A DNA stretch of 33,619 nt from an uncultured Gemmataceae bacterium (GCA_963923355.1 CAWUOE010000001.1:1-33619); one strand, 5' to 3'; positions 7,952-17,038 are shown, counted from the first letter of the stretch. Program-made: numbers and translations. Notes: generated by a model not told the origin, from the letters alone.

Positions 7952-9202
7952 ATGCAACAGGTTGGTGACGAACTTGGACGGCGTTCCTGGTTGGCCGGTG
8001 TGGGAGCCAGCTTGGCAGCCCTGAGCACAGGTCGCTTTTCCAACCTGATGGCCCGCAACGACGGGGGCGCTCCGATGCAGGCAATCGTTACGGGGAGCAA
8101 TCGCTTCGGGTTCGAGCTACTGCGTCAACTGGAGGGGAACAACAGCTTTGTGTCTCCCACCAGCATCTCGGCCGCTCTGGGGATGACCGCCCTGGGAGCC
8201 AAGGGCGACACCCTGGATCAGATGGCGCAGGTGCTGCATGTGCCCGCGGGAACGCCCGCCCTGGACACAGGCTGGAAAGACCTGATCACCGGCTTGGCGG
8301 CTGAGAAACCGGGTCGGCAGGTGAAGTTGGCCAACCGATTGTTCGGGCATCAGGGCTTCACTTTCCTGCCGGAATTCACCAACCGTCTGGCCTCCGCCTT
8401 CGCCGCACCGCTGGAGCGGGTGGACTACGGCAACCCCGAGGCGGCCAGGAACCGTATCAATGGCTGGGTGGAGGAAAACACCAACCAACTCATCAAGGAC
8501 TTGATACCCTCCGGGGTGCTGACGCCGCTCACACGGCTGGTGCTGGCCAATGCGATCCACTTCAAAGGGGACTGGCTGTTGCCATTCACCAAGGGATCCA
8601 CCCGGCCTGGCCAGTTCCATGTCAGCGCGGACAAGGTGCTGACCCTGCCCCTGATGAAACAGACCGGCAATTTCCGTTTGCGAGAGACCGAAAGTGCCGA
8701 GTCGCTGGAGCTGGCCTGCAAGGGGAATGACCGCAGCGTGGTGTTCGTGCTGCCCAAGTCCCGGCATCGGCTGGCGGACCTGGAAAAGGGCCTGACTGCA
8801 GGAGGCCTGGAAAAGCTGGTTTCCGGCGACGCACCCAACCAGCGCGTGGAGTTGGTGGTGCCGCGCTTCGAGGTGAACACCTCGCTATCGCTCAAGAAAA
8901 CACTGAGTGCCATGGGCATGGCCAAGGCGTTCAGTGAGTCGGCTGATTTCACCGGGATGAGCACCGAGGTCAAGTCGCTGAAAATTGACGAGGTGGTGCA
9001 CAAAGCGGTATTGAAAGTGGATGAGCAGGGTGCGGAGGCCGCCGCGGCAACCGGCGTGGTGATCGGTGTGCGGTCCGCGCTTCCCCCGCGTGAAGTGCGC
9101 AAGTTCACCGTGGATCAACCGTTTCTGGTGGCCATTGTGGACAAGCCGACCCAAGCAATCCTGTTCCTTGGCCGCGTCCGGGAGCCCAAGGAAAAAGCTT
9201 AG
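7952..9202 (+). CDS. Serpin family protease inhibitor with a twin-arginine-like signal sequence
   Basis: Serpin blocks are present: FVSPTSISAALGMTALGAKGDT, NAIHFKGDW, hinge EQGAEAAAATG, and FTVDQPFLVAIVD. The N-terminus GRRSWLAGVGASLAAL looks like a Tat signal. GGAGGGG Shine-Dalgarno at 7939-7945. Confidence 0.9.
   Translation: MQQVGDELGRRSWLAGVGASLAALSTGRFSNLMARNDGGAPMQAIVTGSNRFGFELLRQLEGNNSFVSPTSISAALGMTALGAKGDTLDQMAQVLHVPAGTPALDTGWKDLITGLAAEKPGRQVKLANRLFGHQGFTFLPEFTNRLASAFAAPLERVDYGNPEAARNRINGWVEENTNQLIKDLIPSGVLTPLTRLVLANAIHFKGDWLLPFTKGSTRPGQFHVSADKVLTLPLMKQTGNFRLRETESAESLELACKGNDRSVVFVLPKSRHRLADLEKGLTAGGLEKLVSGDAPNQRVELVVPRFEVNTSLSLKKTLSAMGMAKAFSESADFTGMSTEVKSLKIDEVVHKAVLKVDEQGAEAAAATGVVIGVRSALPPREVRKFTVDQPFLVAIVDKPTQAILFLGRVREPKEKA
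9023..9076 (+). other. Serpin reactive-centre loop, predicted P1 Arg / P1' Ser
   Basis: Counting from hinge E(P17)-Q-G-A-E-A-A-A-A-T(P8)-G-V-V-I-G-V-R(P1)-S(P1') places the Arg codon at 9071-9073. Confidence 0.6.
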
Positions 9203-9227
9203 GCAACACAGAATCCAGCAACCTTTG

Positions 9228-9263
9228 GACGGCACGGGTTGGCCCGTGCCGTTTCTCATTTTT
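9228..9263 (+). terminator. Intrinsic terminator after the serpin gene
   Basis: A perfect 10-bp stem (ACGGCACGGG / CCCGTGCCGT) with a TTGG tetraloop is followed by TTCTCATTTTT. Confidence 0.7.
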
Positions 9264-9348
9264 GCGTGGGTAGTGAGCCAAAGCATTACCCGGTGACAGC
9301 CAACCTGGTGTAGGCTATCCGGTTCAGCCCGAACCGGAGCCCTGCCCC

Positions 9349-12300
9349 ATGTCCGCAGCCATTTTTTGCGCCCTGATCCTGACTATTCCAGCCCTGGAAC
9401 CGTGGGCTGATAGCCGCTTGCCGAGTGTGCCCGGCTTGGCAGCCTGGTACAGCGCTGAAGCGCAAGGCAAGGCGCATGCTGCCATGGGGCTGGCGCAACC
9501 GAAGGCAGGAGCCAACCTTGGCAGTGTGTTTGACGGATCTGGCAGGGGGCGGCACCTGAACCAAGGCAAAGAAAAGCTGCAGCCGAAGTTGGTTCGTCAG
9601 GCGGATAGTTGGCTGATTCGACTGGATGGGGAGGATGATCACCTGATCCGGTCGGCCAAGGATGCAACTGGCACGCGGCAACTGACGCTGTTCGCAGTGG
9701 TGGTGCCGCACCAATGCCCTGGCAGTTTTCCCGGACCCTTTGCGCTGGGCGCCACGACCGGCCGCGATTACGAGACCGGGTTCAATATCGATCTGGGCAG
9801 CCAGTTCAGAGACAAATTCGAGGCGCTGAACCTGGAAGGAAAGGGAATGGTGGGTGAGCGCAACCTGCTGACCCGGACCTGGCCCCTGGGTGAGGCACGA
9901 CGCCTGGCTGCGGTTGTTTCGGAGACAGACGCCTGTCTTTGGGTGGATGGCCTAAAACAGGGATCGCGTCCACGCACCGGCGGGGACATCGCGTGGCAGG
10001 AACTAGTGCTAGGCGCCCGGCGGTACACCAACGGCCCGGGACCACAGGAGGTGCGTGGAAGCTTTCCGGGAGACATCGCAGAGGTGCTGGTCTATGAGCG
10101 GGCGCTGAATGAAATGGAGCGTCAGCAGGTGGACCAATACCTGACTGCGAAACACAGCAAGCTGATGCAAGCCGACCGGTTGGCTTTGGGGCTTCCCGAG
10201 GTGACGGCTCCGATCAAGCTGCTGGACCCGGTGGTGCCCTGCCAGGTGCTGGTGCCAGGCTTTGAGGCCCGATGGTTGCCTGTTGATTTGCCCAACATCA
10301 ACAACCTGATGTACCGGCCTGATGGGAAGCTGATCGCGCTCGGCTACAACGGCTTGGTTTGGCTGCTGGAGGACACCGACAACGACGGCCTGGAGGACAA
10401 GGCCACCGTGTGGTTTGAGAACCCGAAAGGCAGCGTTCGCTCACCCATCGGAATGGACTTGTTGCCCAAGGGGCACCCGCTGGGCGAGGGGCTGGTGGTG
10501 GCCTGCAAGGGGAAGGTGGTGCTGCTGCATGACCCGGACAACGATGGCAAAGCGACTGAAAAGGTACTGGCCCAGGGTTGGGTGGAACTGCCCCTGAATG
10601 TGGATGCCCTGGGCGTGGCGGTGGACCCCAAGGATGGTTCGATCTACTTCGGCCTGGGGTGCGCCGATTTCTCCAACGGGCATCAGGTAGGCAAGGATGG
10701 CAAGGCGGCTTATCGGTTGAATTCAGAACGGGGCACCATTCTGCGTCTGTCGCCGGATGCCAGCAAGCGCGAGGTGGTGTGCACAGGCATACGCTTCCCG
10801 GTGGCGCTGCGCATGGGGCCTGGCAACGAACTATTCTGCAGCGACCAGGAGGGGGCCACCTGGCTGCCGAACGGCAACCCGTTTGACGAGCTATTACACA
10901 TCCGGAAGGGGCTGCACTTCGGCTTCCCGCCCAAGCATCCGAAGCATCTGCCGAATGTGGTGGATGAACCCAGCCTGTGGGACTACGGGCCGCAACACCA
11001 ATCCACCTGCGGGTTCAATTTCAACCTGGGAGTGAACGGCGGCCCTGCTTTCGGCAACAAGCTGTGGCAGGGCGATGTGCTGATGACGGGGGAATCGCGG
11101 GGCAAGATCTACCGCACCACCTTGGCCAAGACGGAAGCAGGCTTTGTGGCAGGGAACCGCATCCTGGCCTGCCTGAATGTGCTGACTGTGGATTGCTGCG
11201 TGAGCCCGAAGGGTGACCTGCTGGTTGCCACCCATTCGGGTCCGCCGGACTGGGGCACCGGGCCGGCGGGCAAGGGCAAGCTGTTGCGCATTCGGCAAAT
11301 CGACCGGGAAGCTCCCCAACCTGTGGCGGTCTGGGCCAGCAGTCCACGGGAAGTGGTGGTGGCCTTTGATAAACCCCTTTCCGCCGAGGCGGTGGAAGCG
11401 CTGCTGGCCAACACCCGGATCACGGCTGGCGACGCGGTACGCGCGGGGGACCGTTTTGAGGGCATGCGACCGGGGTATGAAGTGGTGGCACGACAACTGC
11501 GCGAACCGAGACGCTCGCTACGGGTGACGGCAGCGCGGGTGAGCCCGGACAGGCGGTCGCTCTTGCTGGAGACCGACACCCATGCCTGGGACACCTGGTA
11601 CGCGCTGGAACTACCGGGCCTGGGCAGGGCCGGGTTGAAGAACCAGCCTGCGGGAGCATTGCCGCAGCACGGCATGGTGGACCTGGATTACACGCTGAAT
11701 GGGGTAGAAACGATGGTGATGGGCCTGAACCAAAAGTTATGGCAGGGATGGTTGCCCCACCCCCATGCAGGGGTGAGCCATGCCCTTTTGGCTGGAAGCC
11801 AGCAACTGGAACATCTACGGGGAATTTCTTCTCTCAACCAAGTATGGATGTTTGACGGCAAGCTGAACCTGAAGGATATGCTGCGGCCGGCCGTGCAGCC
11901 GGGAGCATCCATCGACCATGTGCCGCCGCCAGAGACTGTGACACTGCGCATGTCATCCGACCGGGGGTTCCGTTGGAAAGTCGGCGGCCAGGAAGTTAAC
12001 TCGAAAGACGGGAGCGCTGTCACCATCACTTTGGAGAATCCGGTAAAGCCATTAGGCTGGGGTGCGTTCTTCATGCCCGCCACCGGGGCCCCTAAGGTAG
12101 AAATGTCTTGGACCACCAAGGAAGACCCCCAACGCTGGCGGCCGATGCCCACCTCCCGTTTTCTAACACCTTGGGCACCTGACACCAAAGCCAGCCAAAA
12201 TGCCACTGTGGTGGCGCAGAGTCTGCCGGGTGACTGGGCACGCGGGCGCAAGCTGTTCAACGATCCGACCATCGGTTGTGCCAAGTGTCACTCGGTGAAC

Positions 12301-13434
12301 GGGGCGGGGGGCAACCTAGGCCCGGACCTTGGCAATCTGGCTTTCCGCGATCCGGAATCGGTACGGCGGGACATTGTGAACCCCAGCTACGCCATTCACC
12401 CGGACTATTTGGGCCATGTGGTGACCCTGAAAAGCGGGAAGGTGCTGACAGGCACTTTGCGCAGCAAGGGTAACACGCTCTTGGTAGGCGATTCGCAGGG
12501 TATCACCCATGAGGTGCCCCGCGGGGAGGTGGAGGCGCTGGAGCCGGTGGCGAAGTCGGTGATGCCGGACAAGCTGGACGAGAAACTGGGGAAGGAAGGG
12601 ATGGAAGACCTGATCCACTTCCTATTGAGCGGCGCCCCGAGCATGCCACTGGAAGGTCGGGCAGTTCCCTACCCGGCGCGCAGCAGGGCGGAGGTGCTGA
12701 AGGTTATGGCCGGGGCCTCAAGTGGGGACAGCAAGAGGGGCCCTTTACCGATCTTGCTCACAGCGGGGCCCAAGGATCATGGCCCGCAGGAACACGATTA
12801 CCCGGCGTGGCAAAAGGTGTGGACCCGATTGATGGCGATGGCTCCCGGGGTGGAGGTGGATACCGCCTGGGAGTGGCCGAAGAAGGAACAGCTTGAAAAG
12901 GCCAAGCTGCTGGTACTGTTCCAACGCGGTGATTGGAACAGCAAACGCGCCGAGGACTTAGACGCGTTTTTGCAACGGGGCGGCGGCGTGGTGCTGCTGC
13001 ACTGGGCGGTGGATGGCAGGTCCCAGACAGAAGCATTTGCCGAACGTATTGGACTGGCGGCACATGGCGGGGGCATCGGTTTTCGACACGGACCGTTGAC
13101 ATTGAACCTGCAAAAGGACGCTCTGGATCATCCGATTCTGCGGAATATGGGTGACCTGAAAATTCATGATGAAAGCTACTGGAAGTTGACCGGCCGGGAG
13201 GACCGGGTGCATGTGCTGGCCCGGTCCAAAGAAGACGGAAGGGACTGGCCCCAGGTTTGGACCAAACAAACCGGAAAAGGGCGCGTGGTCGGGTTGATCC
13301 CCGGCCATTACAGTTGGACATTTGACGATCCACTGTTCCGGGTGCTGCTGCTGAGAAGCATGGCGTGGGCGGCCGATGAGCCGGTGGACCGGTTCAATGA
13401 GCTGGTTTGGCCGGGGGCGCGAGTGGGGGAGTGA
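9349..13434 (+). CDS. Large secreted multidomain protein: LamG-like lectin domain, glucose/sorbosone-dehydrogenase-like beta-propeller, c-type haem domain, ThuA-like domain
   Basis: The N-terminus is signal-like (MSAAIFCALILTIPA). The LamG-type end motif LVYERALNEMERQQVDQYL lies at about 10090-10140. The propeller region carries DTDNDGLEDK and DPDNDGKA. CAKCH is at 12277-12291. The ThuA-like tail (KDHGPQEHDYPAW, VVLLHWA, GLIPGHYSWTFDDPLFRVLLLRSMAWAA) spans about 12740-13400. This architecture is common in Planctomycetota and Verrucomicrobiota. Confidence 0.9.
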   Translation: MSAAIFCALILTIPALEPWADSRLPSVPGLAAWYSAEAQGKAHAAMGLAQPKAGANLGSVFDGSGRGRHLNQGKEKLQPKLVRQADSWLIRLDGEDDHLIRSAKDATGTRQLTLFAVVVPHQCPGSFPGPFALGATTGRDYETGFNIDLGSQFRDKFEALNLEGKGMVGERNLLTRTWPLGEARRLAAVVSETDACLWVDGLKQGSRPRTGGDIAWQELVLGARRYTNGPGPQEVRGSFPGDIAEVLVYERALNEMERQQVDQYLTAKHSKLMQADRLALGLPEVTAPIKLLDPVVPCQVLVPGFEARWLPVDLPNINNLMYRPDGKLIALGYNGLVWLLEDTDNDGLEDKATVWFENPKGSVRSPIGMDLLPKGHPLGEGLVVACKGKVVLLHDPDNDGKATEKVLAQGWVELPLNVDALGVAVDPKDGSIYFGLGCADFSNGHQVGKDGKAAYRLNSERGTILRLSPDASKREVVCTGIRFPVALRMGPGNELFCSDQEGATWLPNGNPFDELLHIRKGLHFGFPPKHPKHLPNVVDEPSLWDYGPQHQSTCGFNFNLGVNGGPAFGNKLWQGDVLMTGESRGKIYRTTLAKTEAGFVAGNRILACLNVLTVDCCVSPKGDLLVATHSGPPDWGTGPAGKGKLLRIRQIDREAPQPVAVWASSPREVVVAFDKPLSAEAVEALLANTRITAGDAVRAGDRFEGMRPGYEVVARQLREPRRSLRVTAARVSPDRRSLLLETDTHAWDTWYALELPGLGRAGLKNQPAGALPQHGMVDLDYTLNGVETMVMGLNQKLWQGWLPHPHAGVSHALLAGSQQLEHLRGISSLNQVWMFDGKLNLKDMLRPAVQPGASIDHVPPPETVTLRMSSDRGFRWKVGGQEVNSKDGSAVTITLENPVKPLGWGAFFMPATGAPKVEMSWTTKEDPQRWRPMPTSRFLTPWAPDTKASQNATVVAQSLPGDWARGRKLFNDPTIGCAKCHSVNGAGGNLGPDLGNLAFRDPESVRRDIVNPSYAIHPDYLGHVVTLKSGKVLTGTLRSKGNTLLVGDSQGITHEVPRGEVEALEPVAKSVMPDKLDEKLGKEGMEDLIHFLLSGAPSMPLEGRAVPYPARSRAEVLKVMAGASSGDSKRGPLPILLTAGPKDHGPQEHDYPAWQKVWTRLMAMAPGVEVDTAWEWPKKEQLEKAKLLVLFQRGDWNSKRAEDLDAFLQRGGGVVLLHWAVDGRSQTEAFAERIGLAAHGGGIGFRHGPLTLNLQKDALDHPILRNMGDLKIHDESYWKLTGREDRVHVLARSKEDGRDWPQVWTKQTGKGRVVGLIPGHYSWTFDDPLFRVLLLRSMAWAADEPVDRFNELVWPGARVGE
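12277..12291 (+). other. CXXCH haem c attachment motif (CAKCH)
   Basis: In-frame tgt gcc aag tgt cac, followed by NGAGGNLGPDL, which is typical of the PVC haem-binding domain. Confidence 0.8.
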
Positions 13435-13556
13435 GGCGCCTTGGGTTTACCTTTTGGCAAGGACACGGCATGCGGGTGAAAGAAAAGGCCACCTGTTGAT
13501 ACTTTATTGGCTTATCTTGTTTGCCACCCCCACTTTTCAGAGGGCATCAGCCAAAA

Positions 13557-13861
13557 TTATGGCACTTTTGATTCCAGGAATTTTAATACGTCTCCAAAAT
13601 CATCAAAAATCTCTTCATGACCATCGAGATCAAGACCATCGCAAGAAGGATGCCTTGAAACGCCTATTCCATCGAAGGGGGTGACTTGGATCGTAAAACC
13701 CACGTTTACCCCGGTTACTACATCTATCCAAGTAGCAACACCGGACCTACTTTTATTCAATGTCCAATCCGTATGCCTGAGTTTTACGGCATTTTCAAAT
13801 TCCAATAATTCCACCGCTAGGCACCCCCTATTTTCTCTAAAAGGTTTCCCAATAGAACCAT
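13557..13861 (-). pseudogene. AT-rich small gene apparently broken by a frameshift at a G5 run (or phase-variable, or an assembly error)
   Basis: A perfect AAGGAG Shine-Dalgarno (13872-13867) sits 5 nt before ATG 13861, but that frame encodes only MVLLGNLLEKIGGA-stop. Adding one G to the G5 run (C5 on the plus strand, 13824-13828) joins it to the 85-aa ORF 13557..13814. Codon usage is AT-rich, unlike the neighbours. No family is recognised. Confidence 0.3.
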
Positions 13862-13931
13862 CAGCACTCCTTGCTTAGATTCGTATAGACTTTTAATCCT
13901 TATTTGCTCCTATCATGCCTCACTGACTACT

Positions 13932-15350
13932 TCACTTGGCCAACGATTGCTCAAAAAAAGCGAAGACCTCTGGCAGGCAGGCTTGGACCACGGTGAGGTG
14001 TTCCAGACCTGGGTAAACTTTGAGGGTGACGGACGGGTTACCTGCCTTGCCGAGGGCGTCCGCCAGGCTTTTGGCGCTCTTCAGGGCGAAGTCCTTGTCA
14101 CCCACGCCGACGAAGTAAGGCAGTTTTTGCCAGGCCTCTCCCTTGCCAGCACGGCCACCACCACCCAAGGCAGCCACAGCGCGGAGTTGTTCCGGTTTGC
14201 GGGCAGCCCAAGCTGTCGCGTTGGCAGCACCCATGGAATGGCCCACGGTGACTACCCGGCTTTTGTCGATGGGGTGCCAGGCTGACAGTTTGTCGACCAG
14301 GTCATCGGTGGGCCCGTTGAGGGGGCTAATCAGTAACCAACCTTTGCGGGCGGCCAGTTTGGGCGCCAGTGCGCCGTGGCCCTCGCAGAAGAGATTCTCG
14401 CTACCTCCCGCACCATGCAGGGCCACCACACAGGTGAGCGGTGTTTTGCCATCGCGCCGGGTTCCCTCGACACGCACCACCTTGTCGGATGAGCCCATGG
14501 GAACAGCCAGCCACAAGGGACCGGGGCTGGTGGGATGAGGCCATATCTTGCCGGCTTTCAATTCGCCAAATGCTTCGGGTAATTCCTCCAGCCATTGACC
14601 CAATGGGTATTCGGTTTCCAGATCTTTGCCTTGGGCAGCTTGTTTGAGCCGTCCGTGCAGCAACAGCCAAGTGGAACGACCGATCGAAGGCGGCAGCTTT
14701 TCCAGCTCAGGCGCCAGGGAATCGAGCTTGGCCAACTTGACGGCCAAATCCTCCACCACCCACAAGGCCACCGCGCCGGAAGCCAAGCTCCTGGCGCCAT
14801 CCCGCACCTCCACATTCAAATTGATCGGGCCGGGTTTGGTGCCTTCGGGCAATGAGACGGTGAATTCCCGGTTGCTTTCAGCCAAACCCTCCACCTTGAA
14901 GGGTGCACCGAGGGGCTTGCCGTTGGCAAGGAGCTGAATGGTCGCCTCCGACGGGATGGTTCCCTGAGCCTTGTAGACCCAACCCAATTTCCCTTTCACC
15001 TGAAGGTTTTTTGTTTCCACCAGGTTTTGCGACACACGGACCGCCAGCCCCTGAGCCCACCGATCGGATTGCGGCACCTCAGTCAGTTGGTAACGAGCCA
15101 AATCAAGCAACTGCGCGGCGCGAGACAGGTTGCCCGAGAGGAAGGTGAACGTGATGGGTTCGAGAATGGCAGCCGCAGCCCGCCGCCGCGCCTCGTCCGG
15201 CTGAGAATCCCAGGCAGCCTCGAAGGCACGGAGTTTCCAACCCACCAGGTAACGATCGACCAGAACCGCCCGGGCGGGCATGGCCATGATCAAAAGGGCA
15301 CACAGGGGCAAAAGGATTTTGTTCCACATTGTCATGCGCATCGTCCGCAC
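13932..15350 (-). CDS. Secreted alpha/beta-hydrolase (carboxylesterase/phospholipase-type C-terminal domain) with an uncharacterised ~280-aa N-terminal domain
   Basis: Signal peptide MWNKILLPLCALLIMAMPARA. Esterase blocks are VVALHGAGGSENLF, the nucleophile elbow GHSMG, VGDKDF and GLEHL. Possible starts are GTG 15350 and ATG 15341, 15335 or 15329. Its start lies only 4 nt downstream of the stop of the upstream radical SAM gene. Confidence 0.85.
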   Translation of the reverse strand: MRTMRMTMWNKILLPLCALLIMAMPARAVLVDRYLVGWKLRAFEAAWDSQPDEARRRAAAAILEPITFTFLSGNLSRAAQLLDLARYQLTEVPQSDRWAQGLAVRVSQNLVETKNLQVKGKLGWVYKAQGTIPSEATIQLLANGKPLGAPFKVEGLAESNREFTVSLPEGTKPGPINLNVEVRDGARSLASGAVALWVVEDLAVKLAKLDSLAPELEKLPPSIGRSTWLLLHGRLKQAAQGKDLETEYPLGQWLEELPEAFGELKAGKIWPHPTSPGPLWLAVPMGSSDKVVRVEGTRRDGKTPLTCVVALHGAGGSENLFCEGHGALAPKLAARKGWLLISPLNGPTDDLVDKLSAWHPIDKSRVVTVGHSMGAANATAWAARKPEQLRAVAALGGGGRAGKGEAWQKLPYFVGVGDKDFALKSAKSLADALGKAGNPSVTLKVYPGLEHLTVVQACLPEVFAFFEQSLAK

Positions 15351-15354
15351 CTCG

Positions 15355-16053
15355 TCAAGGCTGCCGCGGGCCGGCCCCCTTTGCCAACCACGGACTCAGC
15401 GTGGAGAGGGTGGCGGTGGGGAACCCATTCACCTCGATGGTGCCATTTTTCATCCGAATTTCCAAGGTGTTTGAACCCAGCCACCTTGGATCATCGGCAC
15501 GAACGCGTCCTGACAGTGTGATCAACCGCTGGTTGGCCGAACCGATGAAGCGGCGGACAGGTTCGGGCTGGGTGTGATCATAGGGGCCATCCACCAGCCA
15601 GTCGGTATTGGCCAGCAGGGCGTTCACCGCCGGGTGTTGGCGGGCCTGCAATTCCTCATGGCTGTGGCCTGAAAAGACCAGGGTATTGAGTCCGAGGCTG
15701 TGGGCGTGGCGCAGCAGAAACGCCGCCGCCTCGGGCTGGGCGGTGGGTTCGCCACCCAAGAGGGTGATACCCTCGATAGCGTGGTCGACCAAAGCCCGGG
15801 TGATTTCAGCGGCCAGGTCGTCCAGCGGAACCAGTAGCCCACCGTCGAAGCTGAGGAAGTGGGGATTGCAGCAACCGGCACAGCGGAGTGGGCAGCCTTG
15901 GAACCACAGTGCATAGCGTTTTCCAGGACCCTCAGCCTCGGTACAGGCGACCCGGTGCGCGACCCGTGCTTGGGTGGCGGGTGATTCCTTTGGGAGAATT
16001 TCCGGCAAGCTGAGTCGGTTTTGAGTCAACTGAAAGGCTTCCACTGGGAGCAA
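15355..16053 (-). CDS. Radical SAM protein of the NrdG/glycyl-radical-enzyme-activase type (4Fe-4S single-cluster domain)
   Basis: EGPGKRYALWFQGCPLRCAGCCNP carries a CX3CX2C motif (15871-15894). GITLLGGEP and LVDGPYDHTQPEPVRRFIGSANQRLI match the NrdG LVDG...FRGSSNQR block. There is no ATG near the 5' end, so the TTG 16053 / GTG 16044 start is uncertain. Confidence 0.8.
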   Translation of the reverse strand: MLPVEAFQLTQNRLSLPEILPKESPATQARVAHRVACTEAEGPGKRYALWFQGCPLRCAGCCNPHFLSFDGGLLVPLDDLAAEITRALVDHAIEGITLLGGEPTAQPEAAAFLLRHAHSLGLNTLVFSGHSHEELQARQHPAVNALLANTDWLVDGPYDHTQPEPVRRFIGSANQRLITLSGRVRADDPRWLGSNTLEIRMKNGTIEVNGFPTATLSTLSPWLAKGAGPRQP

Positions 16054-16147
16054 GCTTCAGGAACCTACTCAGGCCTGAAGCACGCCACACTATATACCGC
16101 CAGACAGGGATTGGGGCGGGGAGGTTTGAGAAACGAGTGAAACGGTT

Positions 16148-17038
16148 TCAGGGCTGCTGGGATAATTCCTGAGCCTGCAGGGCCAGGGGGCGAGGTGCGT
16201 CCGGCGCGGGAGCCCTCAGGGCTTGGCCGCTGCGGGCCACCCGAATCACCAGCAGACGACGGACGGGCCTTTCCGTATCGACCTGCATCAACCAGGAGGA
16301 ACCCAAACTATCGGCGGGCTGGTTGGTGGTTCCGATAATGAGGTACTCGGACGGGGCCAGATCGACCTCCACAGCCAATCCCTCGTATTTCTCCTGGTCC
16401 TGACGCTGGGTGAGTTGCCAGGACATCACGCCTTCAGCATCGGTGACGGATTGGGGTTCGAACAGCATCTCACCATGGCGGAGGACCGGCACCACTTTGA
16501 CCGAAAGCTTTTTCTCCTCGCCCGGCTTGCTGGTGACCTCCCAGACACACTGAGCCTTGGCAAACTCGACCGATTCGGAGTTTTCGCCGTCACGGAGTGT
16601 GAACTGTAGCGCCTCATGTTTCAGAGCGGGGAACGGGGAATAGGGCTGGCCCAACCGGGTTTGCACCTGACGGGGCGCGACGGAAGTTTTTTCGGAAGTC
16701 AGCAGGGCCAGGAAATCCGGGGGCGGATGGCCACCCAACAGTCCGGCGCGCAATCCGTTGGCGGCCAGGTTGGCCTTGGCCTCGAGGGGCAGGGCCTGCT
16801 CATCCACCATGGACCACAAATCACGGGAAACGTAGGTGTCGGTGATGGGGACCTCGATGACCGACACTGCCATGGTGATGGCATCGGCACCCACCACACC
16901 TGAGAGAGGGAGTGGCGGGCGGCGGACCCCCCAGGACGCGACTTTGCTTTCCTCCTCGCGCGAGTGCATGCAACCCGGACACAACCCAAGGGTTGCGACC
17001 AGCAGTGCCAGCCCTGCGAACAGCCCGCGCGCCGACAT
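16148..17038 (-). CDS. Hypothetical lipoprotein
   Basis: MSARGLFAGLALLVATLGLCPGC has a lipobox-like LGLC. The start is ATG 17038. No family is recognised. Confidence 0.65.
   Translation of the reverse strand: MSARGLFAGLALLVATLGLCPGCMHSREEESKVASWGVRRPPLPLSGVVGADAITMAVSVIEVPITDTYVSRDLWSMVDEQALPLEAKANLAANGLRAGLLGGHPPPDFLALLTSEKTSVAPRQVQTRLGQPYSPFPALKHEALQFTLRDGENSESVEFAKAQCVWEVTSKPGEEKKLSVKVVPVLRHGEMLFEPQSVTDAEGVMSWQLTQRQDQEKYEGLAVEVDLAPSEYLIIGTTNQPADSLGSSWLMQVDTERPVRRLLVIRVARSGQALRAPAPDAPRPLALQAQELSQQP

Noticed and set aside
16054-16081. A perfect 8-bp hairpin, GCTTCAGG-N12-CCTGAAGC, considered as a terminator for the lipoprotein gene.
   Set aside because: No U-run follows on the transcribed (minus) strand and it abuts the next start codon. 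It is mentioned under the radical SAM finding rather than called as a terminator.
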